Assembly: GCA_037379345.1 (NCBI GenBank)
Contig: CM074511.1
Location: forward strand, 69,632,862-69,696,861
DNA: 64,000 nt
From: Perna viridis
Lineage: Eukaryota
Direction: 5' to 3'
In this document: positions 27,607 through 41,149 of the stretch, piece by piece
How the letters are laid out: each line of letters opens with the position of its first letter
How positions within the stretch are numbered: the first letter of the stretch is position 1
The notes under the pieces: generated by a model
The model's database searches: none
What the model saw: only the letters and a program-made list of their open reading frames with translations
What the model was told of the DNA's origin: nothing
Translations under genes and position numbers: made by a program

Positions 27607-28320
27607 GTTGATATCCAGTAACTGGTCTGTTGTTCTAGCTATGGTTGGTTGATATTCAGTGACTGGTTTATTGTTCTAGTCTTGGTTGGTTGATAATCAG
27701 TGACTGGTCTGTTATATTCTGTGCTGGCTGTTATTCAGTAACTGTTTTGTTGTTCTAGTTATGGTTGGATGATACTCAGCGACTGGTTTGTTGTTCTTAT
27801 CATGGTTGGTTGAAAATCAGTGTCTGGTGTGTTGTTCTAGTTATGGATGGTTGATATTTAGTGACTGGTTTGTTGTTCTAGTCGTGGTTGGTTGATATTC
27901 AGTGACTGGTCTGTTATATTCTGTGCTAGCTGTTATTCAGTAACTGTTCTGTTGTTCTAGTCTTGGTTGGTTGATATTCATTGACTGGTCTGTTATATTC
28001 TGTGTTCACTGTTATTCAGTAACTGTTCTGTTGTTCTAGTTATGGTTGGTTGATATTCAGTGACTTGTTTGTTGTTCTAATCATGGTTGGTTGATAATCT
28101 GTGACTGGTCTGTTATATTCTGTGCTAGCTGTTATTTAGTAACTGGTCTGTTGTTCTAGTTATGGTTTGTTGATATTTAGTGACTGGTTTGTTGTTCTAA
28201 TCGTGGTTGGTTGATTTTCAATGACTGTTCTGTTATATTTTGTGCTGGCTGTTATTCAGTAACTGTTCTGTTGTTCTAGTTATGGTTGGTTGATATTCAG
28301 TAACTGGTTTATTGTTTTAA
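27607..28320. repeat. ~41-bp minisatellite with a recurring second variant unit
   Basis: Unit gttggttgatattcagtaactggtctgttgttctagttatg interleaved with ctgttatattctgtgct(g/a)gctgttattcagtaa. Confidence 0.88.
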
Positions 28321-28699
28321 TCCTTATTGTTTGATCTTTTCCCCAATGATCAATGGATTAAAATTAGTAAGACCAAAAGGGTAAATTTAATATCAAGAGT
28401 TTTTGATACTCATATAAATATCTTGGTTTGATACCTATAGGTACGTTTATATGGCTCTTGTAATACAGTTCATTATTCATTAACTTATAACATTATAGCA
28501 ATGATTCTGTGTTTGAACAGTAAATCTGATCTTTCTGGACTAAAATACATTACAGGTGTAGTAGGCATTTAATTCAGTTTTATTAGAAATGGAAGCAACA
28601 TATTAACCAATCATTACAGTTTAATTGGTTTTTTTTCTCATAGAAATAGTAGAATTTATATTATAACAGTTTAAGGTTATACTTGATATTTTAAAGAAT

Positions 28700-28835
28700 T
28701 GCTATCATTCTGTTGCCATGGATTTTATTACATGTACTTTTATTCAGGGCTTATTTGAAGGTATGTTTACACTTGTTGAAGCTTTTGGTGATCTCTGAAA
28801 GTGTTTGATATTTTGTATTGAGGTTATAAGCTGAT
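28700..28835 (+). repeat. Old interspersed repeat, copy 1 (copy 2 at about 39320-39465)
   Basis: Shared blocks ttctgtt(g/a)ccatggatttta, cagggc, tttacacttgttgaag, tggtgatctct, aggttata in the same order. Confidence 0.65.
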
Positions 28836-29708
28836 GCATTTGTCGTCTTCTTTTTGCATTGACTTACATTTATCAGTGTATGAGTTGTTAGATTATTATT
28901 TTCTTAGGTCATTTTTTTCTTTATCAATAAATTGAGGAAAATTTAACAATGAGAGATGGAAGCCTAAATGCTGCTAAGGCTAACATCATGTTTTAATCAA
29001 TAACACCTATTTACACCTGTAATTGTTAGGTAGAAAACAGGTATTTTTGTCTTACCTATGGAGGTAAAATGGCTTTGTTTATGTAAGCTATATACAAGTG
29101 TTGTATAAACATTTGTATAACAGTTTGATTCCATTATGGTTCTAAAACAGAAGGTGGTAAACCTTTGATATTGTAATGAGTTCAGCAATATAATAGTATG
29201 ACAAATATCTTTTTTTTCAAGTTTCTTTGTCATATAATATCTCCATAGTTTGTGTTAAGCTTCCAGCAATGTTTTGAAGAAATAATATTCTAATTATTCA
29301 TTTCAATGGTTTTCAAATTCTTTTTCAGGACAATTCTGGATGAGATTAATGTGAGGATATTGACAGATACTCTTGTCATGTGATTTACTAGTGTGTTCAC
29401 TTACTTTCTAATATGAATAATAATAATCCATTACATAGAGTATTGAGTACAAGTGTACTAAGAATTCCACGATCTAGGTATTCTTTTTGGCAAAGGTAAG
29501 AGTTTAAGTGATTAGTGTTAATTTTTTTCTTATTTGTACAAAGGTAGATAACTCTAAAATGAATTCTGCACTAATAAGTAATTTGTTATTGCACAATTGT
29601 AGACTTTTTTATAATCATGAGAAAATAAATAATTACATCTTAGATAGAAAATAAATATTAGAATATTAAATAAAAAAAATAAGAATTATGGTTTTGATTG
29701 TTATTGGT

Positions 29709-29870
29709 AACATCAAAGGTTTTTTTTATTGTATATTTTATTATTACATGTGACATCAAAGGTTTTTTTTATTGTATATTTTATTATTACATATGACCTC
29801 AAAGGTTTTTTTTATTGTATATTTTATTATTACATGTGACATAAATTTTTTTATTGTTATTTGTGACATC
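29709..29870. repeat. ~43-bp AT-rich tandem repeat, about 3 copies
   Basis: Unit tgacatcaaaggttttttttattgtatattttattattacatg. Confidence 0.8.
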
Positions 29871-31634
29871 TAAGTTATTCGGATTGTTTAGAATTGTGAT
29901 GGTAGATTATCTGTTTAAGGAGCAATATATCAGTTAATGTACTCATGATACATAACAGAGTGAAATTACCTGTCAACAACTAAATATAACATAAGGTTAA
30001 TAACAATTGAAACCAAAATAAAAGTGTTTGATGAAATCTAAATACAAGGCCATTATCACAAAATTACAACAAATTAATACTCACAGATTGTCTAAAGTAA
30101 TGGCTAAAACGAACACAAACACTTAATGGACAATCTATATTCTCATGTTTATCCATTTTCATACCCCCTGCTTTCAAAGGTGGGCATGTATAGTAATACG
30201 TATGTCTGTTCCTCTGTAAGAACTTTTGTCCATATTTAGGTCAAGCATAGTTTTACCCATCTCTTATCCCCAACTCCTCCTACATCTTTGTTACATATTC
30301 CTGTTGTGCACCTACTAATTATGAATATAGGCTACCAATCTTTTTTTTTCTGTAACTCCTGCGTTACTGAATTTTCACTGAAGATGGTCACCCCTTATTT
30401 AGGATTTTGATGTGAATGTTTTTAGGAGGTTCCTATAGCATTTATGATTAAAGGATACCCATCTAAATGCACATACATGCACTATAAAGAACGAGTACCG
30501 GGATATCCTTCTTGTTTTTTTTTTCTCCAACATCACTTAATGACATTAATGACACTTTCACAGAATACCTCTTAAATATTGAAGATATACTACTCTTATT
30601 ACAGTTTTTGAATTGTTTTTTTATTTTTATTGCTCCAGAACATGGGTTTTGCCCTTTTTTGAATTCTTCCTTTGAATGGAATTAAATTTTGAAAATACCA
30701 AAAATCTATATTGCATATTCCCAGTGTGCACCTCTGATTTTAAATTTTGATCCAAATCTATTTCGAGGTCATCTAATGGGGGATTGGAAGCATCTATTGA
30801 GTGATTTTTGCTTACATTTTTCTTTTGATATGACAATCGATGATTGTGCACCTCCTTTTTTTTCTTGATCAAGGCCTTTTTTTCTTTCTTTTAAATCGTT
30901 TACACTTCTTTTTTTTTTTTTTTCAACAACTCATCACACATGTAATGATGCATCTAATCAAATTTTGTGTGACTTGGTAATGATTAAAACTATATTGTGT
31001 AATTGGGGTGATATCTGGGGTATGATAGATAGATGGTAATGTTAATTTAAGTGTGAAAAAAATTATTTTCTTGAAATGATGTGGAGATTTTCATCCATGG
31101 TGATGCAAATTTCAAACCTTTACTACCAATATTCATTACCGTATTTGTAGTAATCCCACAATGCAACAGTCATTTACCCGATTGGTCAGATCTATCAGTA
31201 TTAACATTTATAGTCATGAACTGAGATCACATGTGTACTTGACCTGTTTAAGGTTTTTACACAACAAGAGAAAATATGAATTTTAAAACCTGCATTTATA
31301 TGACTGCAAATTGGTGGTCATATAATAGAATGGCACTGTTGGCAGGGGCGCTGGCATCTGTAAACAATTTAATGTCCAGAGAATAAGTGTATAGGTATAT
31401 CCATATTGAATACTCAGACAAGGTGCCATAACACAAAAGGCTCAGTTTGATTTTAGGGTTGTGGCTTGAAAGGTTTAGAAATTAGGGACCAAAAAGTTAT
31501 GAGAAACAAGCATTTTTATGATGTCCAAATGAGAGTATGAGATTAAACATAGAGAATTATTATGGTTAAAACAAAATTTAGTCACATTCTCATAGAAAAA
31601 AACCTGATTTGCTTTCACAGACAGAAAATTGATA

Positions 31635-32050
31635 TAATTATACTCTTTGTAACAAAGTTGTGGAGGATATAATATTTTTGATCCATCAGTCCGTCATTAG
31701 ATTTCCGGACTTTTTTTACTGAATGCTTGCAGATATTGAGCTTATTTTTGGTATGTGATTTTACCATGTTGAGTTACAAGCCAAGTTAACATTTCATTCC
31801 ACTTTCCTGATTTTTCCAGAAAAAAACAGGCCTAGAACAAATTTCATAAAAATAACAGTTTTACTGAATATTTTCTCAATAATTTCAGATGTTGAGCTGA
31901 TTTTAGGTATGTGAGTCTACAATGTACCATGATGAGTCACAGGTCAAGTTAATGTTTCATTGTGATTTTCTATGAATTAAGGCCCTTTGAGTTTTCTTTC
32001 TTTTTTAAAAAAAAAAACTTTTTTGAGAGTCTATTATGTTGATGGGTGTG
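31635..32050 (+). mobile_element. Degenerate HINE-like element with two ~155-bp internal repeats
   Basis: ttatac...gtccgtc type start; repeated cagat(a/g)ttgagct.atttt.ggtatgtga at about 31730 and 31886. Confidence 0.4.
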
Positions 32051-34859
32051 TTATGTGAGCATGCATTATTCTATAATTAAGGGATTCAGCAATGGTCCAT
32101 GTTTAAGCAATTTTGATTTTTAAAGGTTGGTTTTTAATTAATTCATAACTAGGTAGATATGAGATTTATTATTATTATGTAGATCTGTGATTTTTTGAAG
32201 TTCCCCTTTGAAAGACATTTTGATAATTCACACTGTTGGTAATTTCACTCTTGTGCACAGAACAAGTTCTATTTATATTCTTTGATCAAGGCTATTGGTT
32301 ATTTACTTTTTTACAATTGATTATCCTATTATTAATTTACTGTATTAATAAAATATTCATGATTCATGTTTGAAAACTTATTGTTTATATTCAGTAATTC
32401 TGAGAATCTTGTTTTTTGCACAATTCTTGGTCAAATTTAATGTCTGCACTCAGACTAACGGATTTATTCCTGCAATAATTACTCATAGGATACATATGAA
32501 ATTTTTGCTACAGATATCTTGATGATCCATGTTCTAATAGGTCTGTTTTTATGTATTTTATGTTTTCTGGGAGTGCATTGTATTTGTTGTAAATCATTGT
32601 GATTTTCCTTTCTAACAAAGAAATGCATTTTTTTCTTTGTAACTTTGATATTTTGCACATGCATGAAAAGTATTTATTTAAGAGTAATCAAGGGAACCAA
32701 GGTTATAGTGGTAATCAAAAGAATATAATCCAGGGACAAAGATCAGACAATGAAAACAGATATACACAACAAAGAACATAAAGTAACTAAAATCTTTGAA
32801 GTCTTCAACTTGGAGTTATCTTTCTTTGACTGGTATGTACCAACAGTGCATTAGAATTGTATCAAAGTACAATTTGTAGTATGGTGCACTTCTATTGTTC
32901 AATAATAATAAATTAGAAATCATGATAAGTAAACAATTATTTTCTTGAAACATCCTTTCTTACATAGAATTGTTTGTTTTGTCTTTTTTTTTTTGCTTAA
33001 TAAAAATGTTTGGAATGATAGAGGGGTACAGCTGGTTTTCATATTTGGTTGTTTATTTTCACCTTCAATGACACCCTAGATGTATCTTTTACATGTAGTT
33101 ACTAGTATATGGCTGATATATCTTCTGCTTTGAAAAAAAATATAGATTTGATAAAAAAAAGGAAACATTATGTAACATTTTTTTTTAACTTTTCCACAAC
33201 AAGATTTGTCTCCAATAGTGTTAAGGAAATAAAATTCTCCCGTTAAATATAAATTGAACTTGGTAAATTGATATGAAATTTATCAGCCCCTTGGAAGTAT
33301 ACTTTATAAATGATAAAAATGAGGTGTTGGCAGAATTGGTACACTGTATATAGTTAAAAAGGGATTTCAGAATATGTTTTGAAATAATTTGTTATCAAAT
33401 TTCTTTGCCATTTGCATTGTGAAGTCTACTTACATGTATAATAAGGGTCTAAAAGAAACCAATCAATGAATACATTTTCCCAATCTGATTTAAAACTGAT
33501 CTTGCATTACTCCCAGTTTTCTGTAACGTTGTGTGACGGTTGACAGGAAAGCAAGAACAATGTAAGATCAGCTTTTAATTAAATAGACATTTTCCAAGAA
33601 TTTGTTTTTATTGGAATTATAAGAATCAAACATTGTTTTTCTGTAATATGAATGCATAAAATAGGACCATTCAGTTGACCAATGACTCCTTTGGACTATA
33701 TTTTCTCTGGTTCTGGTAAACATTGTTCTGTTTCCTATTTTTATAAGAAAAAATTGAGACAGGCTGTCTCTTTTTCACAGGTACTCCTTTTTCAATGAGT
33801 TGTTCATGATTTATCACACTGGAAGATCCAGTTGAGGGTACTTAGGTGGGAAGTCTCCTCTTGGTGGAAAATTTTATTCAGAAATATAGTAAATAACCAA
33901 ATAACCTGGACCCCTGTCTTTCATTTCTGAGTCAGAACCCCCCCCCCCTTTCTTAAATTTAAAATTTCTAGATCTTCCCCACAATAACCATACTTCTTAC
34001 TCCATGCATGTTTGTGTGTACTTGTTTGACTACAGTTGCTTGGTTATTTTCAGCATTTTGAATTAGTGAACTAACATATTTACCTTTAGATAATGCTACT
34101 TATGCTGCTGAAATTGGTCTTTCAGAATACAAGGTATTATTTGAATTTGGAATTATATCAGATTTAAGAAAATGAGTCAAAAATGATTTGGAAGATTTAC
34201 CAGTATTCAGTTGGGGGTGAATCATGATGTCATGAGCAAAGGGTTAATTAGTTTTTTCTTGCTTTCTATAATCTTACTGACATAACCCCATAATCATGCC
34301 CCCAAATGTAACCCCCTGAGTAAGAGTTAATTTTTACATATTCTTTTTTTCTTTTTTTTACTTCCAGAATAATTCTAAACTTAGATTATACCTTGTTGAA
34401 GGTTTAAGTGTAAAAGAATTAGATTGTACAAAAAGATTAAATGTTCATTTCTTTTATTTTTATTGTTTTAACAACAGTGTTTAACCGAAATAGCAGATGT
34501 TATGTAAATATTGTCACATGATTCAACTAATGACTCCAGCATTAATGTTCTTTAATGTTACATTGGTATAGAATTCTACCTGTGTAATGTAGAATTAACA
34601 AGATACCCAAGCATGAATATAGACAAAGCCCTGCACTTTCTGAATTGTAACGGGCACATGTAACATACTGGCACGGTTTGTAACCTTTTAATAAGTTAAG
34701 CAAGAATTAGAATATATTTCCTCATTGAGTTTAAATGACCCACTGAGTTGACGTGTATTAAAAATCAATTGATTTAATATCATAATAAGGTTAATTGTTT
34801 AGTTTTTTCTTTCATTTGAAGTAAATATCTGTAGTATTATACAATTATAAATAATTAAT

Positions 34860-35598
34860 CTGTGAAGGGATCGATTATTAGGGTAGAAAAGGTAATCAAT
34901 GGCTATTAACTTAAGTTTCTTTTATTGACAAATTTTGGGCGGATTTAGAATAAATTATCGGTAATTATTAGTTTCAGTTGATAAATCTTACATTGTTAGT
35001 TTAATGGAGAACTAGTGTTGAGTAAATCTTGTTCACTCAGACTTTATAACCATACTGGAGTTCTTCAATCAATACATTGCGATATATTCCCCGACAGAAT
35101 TTGTATCGTGTTAGTCTAATAATCTTCTCATTTGCAATTCTTTTTCGTCAAATAATTGACCTAAGGAATACAAAAAAGTGGATTTTGTGTCTTGAATGTT
35201 TAATCACAGCGAATAGCTACAGCGGATTAATTTAAATAGACATAACTCATCTTTGTCAATAGACAGAATTCCAGTACACTTGTTAATATCGATAGAGAAC
35301 GACATCTGCCTCATATTTAAGGACATAAGAAATCGGTGATTTTATTTGTTGTCAGCCATCATCTAATACTGGATTTTTATTGACATTTGTTCATTCAACA
35401 TTATTTGAACTTTTTGTTGTGGAAGATGAGAATAAGCAGACATGTTTTTTATGATCATTTTTTTTCAACTTGGATGCAAAACTCAGCATATTGCTCATCA
35501 GAATCCTCCTTCAAAGTTGTTACAATAATTTGGACAGCGTTAATTGTTATATGTCTGCCGATTGTTTAAACCGTCAAAACCTTTGCTTCAGTCCAGTT
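34860..35598 (+). promoter_or_regulatory. CpG-retaining island; putative internal promoter/5' UTR of the short isoform
   Basis: About 20 CpGs counted in 34861-35790 versus about 2 in 28500-29500. A half-CRE TGACGTGT lies at 34749-34756 just upstream. Confidence 0.55.
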
Positions 35599-35828
35599 AT
35601 GCAGAAAATTGTGCAGTATTTGACTCCTCATTTTAAAAGTAATGGGTGTACAGTTGTGAAAAATAAACGTGATCGTGATAAAGTCAACTCAAGACGTTTT
35701 TCTACTTGTTTTAATTCCAGACATGCTGATGACCTCATTGTGACCCCATTTGCACAGATTCTTGCAAGTTTACGAAGTGTACGCAACAACTACATCACCT
35801 TAACCAATGTACAGGCACCAAGAGAAAG
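35599..35828 (+). CDS. PDE4: Probable alternative (5'-extended) first coding exon of a PDE4 short isoform with truncated UCR1
   Basis: The frame is open from 35470 through the acceptor into the UCR1b exon. ATG 35599 gives [51 protein letters not shown] (another in-frame ATG at 35551). It contains the PKA consensus RRFS and lies in the most CpG-rich segment I saw in the window. Confidence 0.7.
35721..35828 (+). CDS. PDE4: PDE4 exon: C-terminal half of UCR1
   Basis: Acceptor ttttctacttgttttaattccag, donor AG|GTAAGA at 35829; 108 nt, phase 2-2. Encodes (I)[35 protein letters not shown], the PDE4 [23 protein letters not shown] motif, and joins the 1096-1278 exon in frame (at+a). Confidence 0.97.
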
Positions 35829-36444
35829 GTAAGATATATGGTATTGTAGAACAAACATAACATATGTTTCAAAAACTTGATATATCTGCTGTCAAAGAAC
35901 ACATTATTGAAGTATCAATTCTATTGCTACTTTTAATTATGAAAACTACAAAACACCTAATAAGAATTTATACGGTTGTAAGTCTTAGCCAAGATTTCTG
36001 CTACCACCCAACCAATGCCCCACATTATTCAGTAGTAAGTTAGGATATTAACATTTTGTCACCAGATTTTGATTGCTCTGTTCATGGGATATTATACTCA
36101 ACCTGTTACATTTTATTTATTTCCTTTTAAATTAAACTGCATATGATTAACCTGGTCTAAAATCCTGTCATGTTCTCTCACCTTGACCTAGAATATGGAT
36201 TATAATATCTAACATCACTGGTTTAAACATGACTGTAGTTAAATCATTGCTTTTAATATGACTTGCATCCTTTACTCGATTATTAAGTGGACATTGAGTC
36301 GAATATTTTGAATAAATTTGTCATGGCTGTTATCAGCATTAGTAGTAATATCAATTATATTTTCAAGCTATACATCGTAAATAAATGTGTTGGTTTTTGT
36401 CAATATTTTTTTTTTTTCTGCAGTCAAGAAGTAAGTTCCTCTAA

Positions 36445-37096
36445 GTCAGGCCATATACAAGTCTGTAGGACCATTACATATACTGGTCTGTTCAATACTA
36501 AATTGGACTGTATACCAGTCTAAAGGACTGAAGTGTATACTGGCATGGTCAATACTAAATAGTACCATATACCAGTCTATAGGAATGTAGTGTATATTGG
36601 CCTGGTCAGTACTAAATAGGACCATATTTCAGTCTATAGGACTTATTTGTATCTGGGCTGGTCAATATTAGACCCTATATCATTCTGTAGGACTACAATG
36701 TATACTGGTACTGACCTGGTCAATATCAAACACTGTATCGGTCTGTAGGACTACCTTGTATACCAGTACTGGCCTGGTCAATATTAGATCCTATATCAGC
36801 CTGTAGGACTACAGTGTATAGCGGTACTGACATGGTCAGTATTAAACACTATATCAGTCTGTAGGACTACAGTGTATACAGGTACTGGCCTGGTCAGTAT
36901 TAGACCCTATATCAGTCTGTAGGGCTACCGTGTATAGTGGTACTGGCCTAGTCAATATTGAACACTATATCAGTCTGTAGGACTACCTTGTATACTGGTA
37001 CTGGCCTGGTCAATATTAGACCCTATATCAGTCTGTAGGGCTACTGTGTTTAGTGGTACTGGCCTGGTCAATATTTGACACATATCAGTCTGTAGG
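36445..37096. repeat. ~58-bp minisatellite
   Basis: Unit cagtctgtaggactacagtgtatactggtactggcctggtcaatattagaccctatat. Confidence 0.88.
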
Positions 37097-38149
37097 GGAC
37101 AAGTCTCAACCGGATTAATCGTCAATCTTCTGTCTATTTATCTAATCTTTTGGGACCTCTAAGGACAAAGTTGTGTAATATTATTACTTATGTATAGGTC
37201 TGCTTGAATAATTTTGTTCTGTCTACCTAATGGATGTCTGCTTCTTGTTTGTGTACTAAGTCTGCTTATGATAATATATTTTATTTCTTTGTTGGTATTT
37301 AGTGGATGGTGTTTTTATTCTACAACTGGTCATCAGTGAGATGTAATAGCTGTATGTTTGATATTACTAAGTATTAATAAGGTTGTGTGATTAGATCAAT
37401 GAAATTGAAAATTTGAATGCAATGTAATAATGAACCAAGAACGGGAGGAAACCAATTAGTTTAAATAGTATTTTAGTTTCATTCCCTACTTGGCTTATTA
37501 TGAGATTGTATGGAGCAAAATACTGTGAAATACTGAAAATTTGTTAAAAGTGCGGGTGTATTTTTGATTAAGTGTATATGGTTTGTTGGACCTCTTCCTT
37601 CTATAATAAGAGAATTTATCACTGTCAATTGACTTCTGTAAATTAGATTGTGGATAAATCTGGCCAGATACAACAGCTTAGTTTTGGCTGCTTCCAATCC
37701 TCTAGTTTGTAGGGTAATGAAAAATAGATTTTATCAAATATAAACAAAAGGCTATATCACTTGATTAGGTTTTATAAGTAGAAAAGATTCTTAGCTGATT
37801 GCTTTGTCTGAAACTGGACACGCCAAAACTGGATGACATTAAACCCAGAAAAAAAGTAAATTACCTGTCAGTCATTATAGTAAAATATAGGATTTGACAT
37901 TCATGTGGTGTTTTACTGGCCATCAGTGGACATTCATGAGGTCTTTTACTGGCCATCAGTGGTCATTCACGACATTCATTGTCACCATTCATATCAGGAA
38001 ACCATGTTTACTATATAAGCCAATTATCATTGAAATCAAAGCAAGTATAAAAATATGCGGGAAATGGATGCCCAGAACGATCTTTTATCATCACCATTCA
38101 ACTGAAAACACCTCGTTTCCTAAGGTAACCAAAAATCTTTGGAATCTGA

Positions 38150-39227
38150 GCAACTGGTGAAAATGGTCACAAAATGGCAGCCATTTGATTGTGGCTGCCT
38201 AAAAAAATAATTTCAATACTGCCAGTCAACTGAGATTATCATGTTTATCTTTTGAGTAGCTTTCTTTTTCATTATTTTTCAATATTTGAAGGAAAAATAG
38301 CAATAAAAAGCATTTTGACCCCTACGTTCTATTTTTAGTATCAACGGCCATGTTTTTTTACCAATGAACAATTTTAAATGATCGGTTTGTGGAGGAAACC
38401 CTAAAAAATTTATGCCAACTTATATTAAATTTTGTTGCATTAGGCTTCAGAAGGTTGCACACATGAAAAATGACCAAAAATCTGTTTAGGGGCCATAAAT
38501 CTTACAACAGGCAACAATTTTTTTAAATTTCTGCAAAGGTCCATCTTCTGATGGTGAGCTATATTACTGTCCATCAGAATTTTGCAAAAAACTGTATTTT
38601 GACCCCTATGTTCTATTTTTTGTAACAGCGGCCATATTTTTTCACCAATCAAAAATCCAAACAGTCATTTGTTCAAGATACCTTAAAAAAAGATCGCCTG
38701 AATATAGCTGAAATATTGCTGCTCAGGCATTAAACCCCAACAATCAATCAATCAATCAACCTAAAAAAAAACAGTATTACTAACTTAAATTAAATTCTGT
38801 ACAGTAGATTATGAGAGAAGATTTTTGTAAGGAATAACATGAAAAACAGCAAAAAAAAAAAACATCCAAAAAGGGCAATAACTCCAACATGGTTCAACAA
38901 GTTTTTATCAAATTAACATCACAGATAGATCTCATCATGCTGAACACATTTATCCATGTCAGAATTTGGTTAACCTAACAATTTTGGAGGTATATGCCAA
39001 AAACTGATGCCTGACTCCAATGTTCTATCTTTAGTAACAGTGGCCATGTTTTTTTGACATCAAAAATCCAAATGGTCATTTTGTGCAGGATACCTTACGG
39101 AAAAATCATTAAATTTCATCCAAATCCATTCAGTAGTTTCAGTGGAGAAGATGTGTGAAGTATTGTTAACGACGACGGACGCCAAGTGATGGCAATACTG
39201 CACATGGCCTATGGCCAGATGAGCTAA
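38150..39227 (-). mobile_element. Non-autonomous Helitron/Helentron-like element with internal repeats
   Basis: Terminus gacgacggacgccaagtgatggc...ggccagatgagctaa; three internal copies of tgacccctatgttctatttt..ggccatgtttttt (about 38317, 38600, 39012). Left boundary uncertain. Confidence 0.6.
38692..38758 (+). mobile_element. Second copy of the same retroposon 3' end, (CAAT)n tail, nested in the HINE-like element
   Basis: tcgcctgaatatagctgaaatattgctgctcaggcattaaaccccaacaatcaatcaatc; imperfect TSD acct(t)aaaaaaa on both sides. Confidence 0.8.
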
Positions 39228-39319
39228 CTAGTATAACCACACTGTGGATTCCATGTGCCTGTCAATGGGCAGGAGATGTTCATTAATTTGTCTTTGTTTT
39301 GTCATATTACTTTTTAGAA

Positions 39320-39465
39320 TTATCATTGTTCTGTTACCATGGATTTTATAACTTTTGTTGTCAGGGCCTTTCAGAGCTTTCTTACAGGTGTATTTACACT
39401 TGTTGAAGACTTTCTGGTGATCTCTTTAAGTATTAACTGTATTGTGTATTAAGGTTATATGTTGG
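39320..39465 (+). repeat. Old interspersed repeat, copy 2
   Basis: Colinear similarity to 28700-28835. Confidence 0.65.
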
Positions 39466-40029
39466 TATCTGTTCTTTTTCTACTATTAAATACCTTAATT
39501 AAACAGTATTCACCAAGTTTTCTCGTCTTTCTGAATTTCTATGTGTAAGTGGATGTTGCCAGGGTGTACCTGATTAATGGGTATTGTTCAAGTGCCTTGG
39601 TGTACATGAATGCTAATGCTATACCTTGTAAAATTCCTTTGAACTTACCTGAAGCAAAACAATTTGCAACAATTGTTATGTATATACTAACATAATAAAG
39701 ACAGAATTCAGATGTTTGTATATTGACAACAATCTTCCCAGACGCAATAGAAAAAGATGGCTTGTAATACAGTCAAGCTCCTGTGCTGTTGTTGAAGACA
39801 TTTTATTACCATGTAAGCCATATATCTAGGAGATCCAGATATGACAGCTGTTCCTTATCAATGTGTTTATGTCCTTACCCCATCTTAATGGAAGGGTAAA
39901 AAGATCTTTCTATTTCTGTCTAAGAATTACTTAGACTTGTTAATTATACCCAACTAAATGAGTTGGTGGTATTTTGGAATCACCTTGTCTGTCCGTCATT
40001 CTATCCATCCAATTATCTCAGCTTCTAGA

Positions 40030-40436
40030 TGGGTTTGTCACTTGACTGCTTTTCAAGGTAATTCATTTCAAAGGCCAGTCCATCTATGTCTTCCATGGGT
40101 TTGTCACTTGACTGCTTATCAAGGTAGATCATTTCAAAGACCAGTCCATTTATGTCCTCAATCGGTTTGTCACTCGACTGCTTATCAAGGTAGATCATTT
40201 CAGAGGCAAGTCCATCTATGTCCTCAATCGGTTTGTCACTCGACTGCTTATCAAGGTAGATCATTTCAAAGGCCAGTCAATCTATGTCCTCAGTGGGTTT
40301 GTCCTTTGACTGCTTATCAAGATAGATCATTTCAAAGGCCACTCCATCTATGTCCCCAGTCGGTTTGTCACTTGACTGCTTATCAAGGTAGTTCATTTCA
40401 AAGGCCAGTCCATCCATGGCCCAAATGGGTTTTTCA
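40030..40436. repeat. 66-bp minisatellite, about 6 copies
   Basis: Unit ggtttgtcacttgactgcttatcaaggtagatcatttcaaaggccagtccatctatgtcctcaatc; explains ORF 39958..40518. Confidence 0.9.
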
Positions 40437-41149
40437 CCCCTTACAATTTAATTTTGCCATCTCCAATATGTTTGTCTTACTGGCAGGATTATGGTCATTG
40501 GATTTATCTGATTGGTGAATACAGACAAGGTCATTTATATCCAGCTCTGATGTCACTGTGTTTTCTTACTTCAGTTTCTTCCATACATTTATTGTTGTCA
40601 TTTAGTTTTCAAAGTATGATGAAAAAGTCTGTTTAATTTTTATCTGAATTTGTAATTTAATTATTTTCTCATTATTGAATCTGTCCATACAAGACTTCTA
40701 GATCTGCAGGCAGTTAGAAGTGTGTTGACATTCATTACCCCTCTTTATTTCTACCTTAATTAGGTATATCATACTCACATTACACTTCTGTTTTGAACAA
40801 CTTTGATGCTTCAGTTTGAGGAAGCCTTCAGCATTGAATTCTAATATATTTTTAATTGAGATATCTGAAGATGGAAAACCTAAAGGGAGCTGCTTATGAC
40901 TAGTTTATTGTTTGTTTTTTTTAAAGAAGAATTAGTATGCAAGAAATCAAGAAATTCTGCCTGAAATATAAACTGTAATTAGTGAGTTATTGGAAGATAC
41001 ATGTATTTACCAAATTTGAGGAATGGTTCATACATAAAAAACAATTGGTAGTAAAATTTGAAGAGAATTATTTTAAGAGAACGAATCTCAAAGATATGAT
41101 AAGTGTCTTAGACAACAACAAAATCTGATTCATAATGTGCAATTAATGA

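Noticed and set aside
39958-40518. 186-aa ORF with 22-aa Cys/His repeats resembling a zinc-finger or repeat protein
   Set aside because: It is the translation of a 66-bp minisatellite whose unit length is divisible by 3; no C2H2 spacing and no supporting splice signals.
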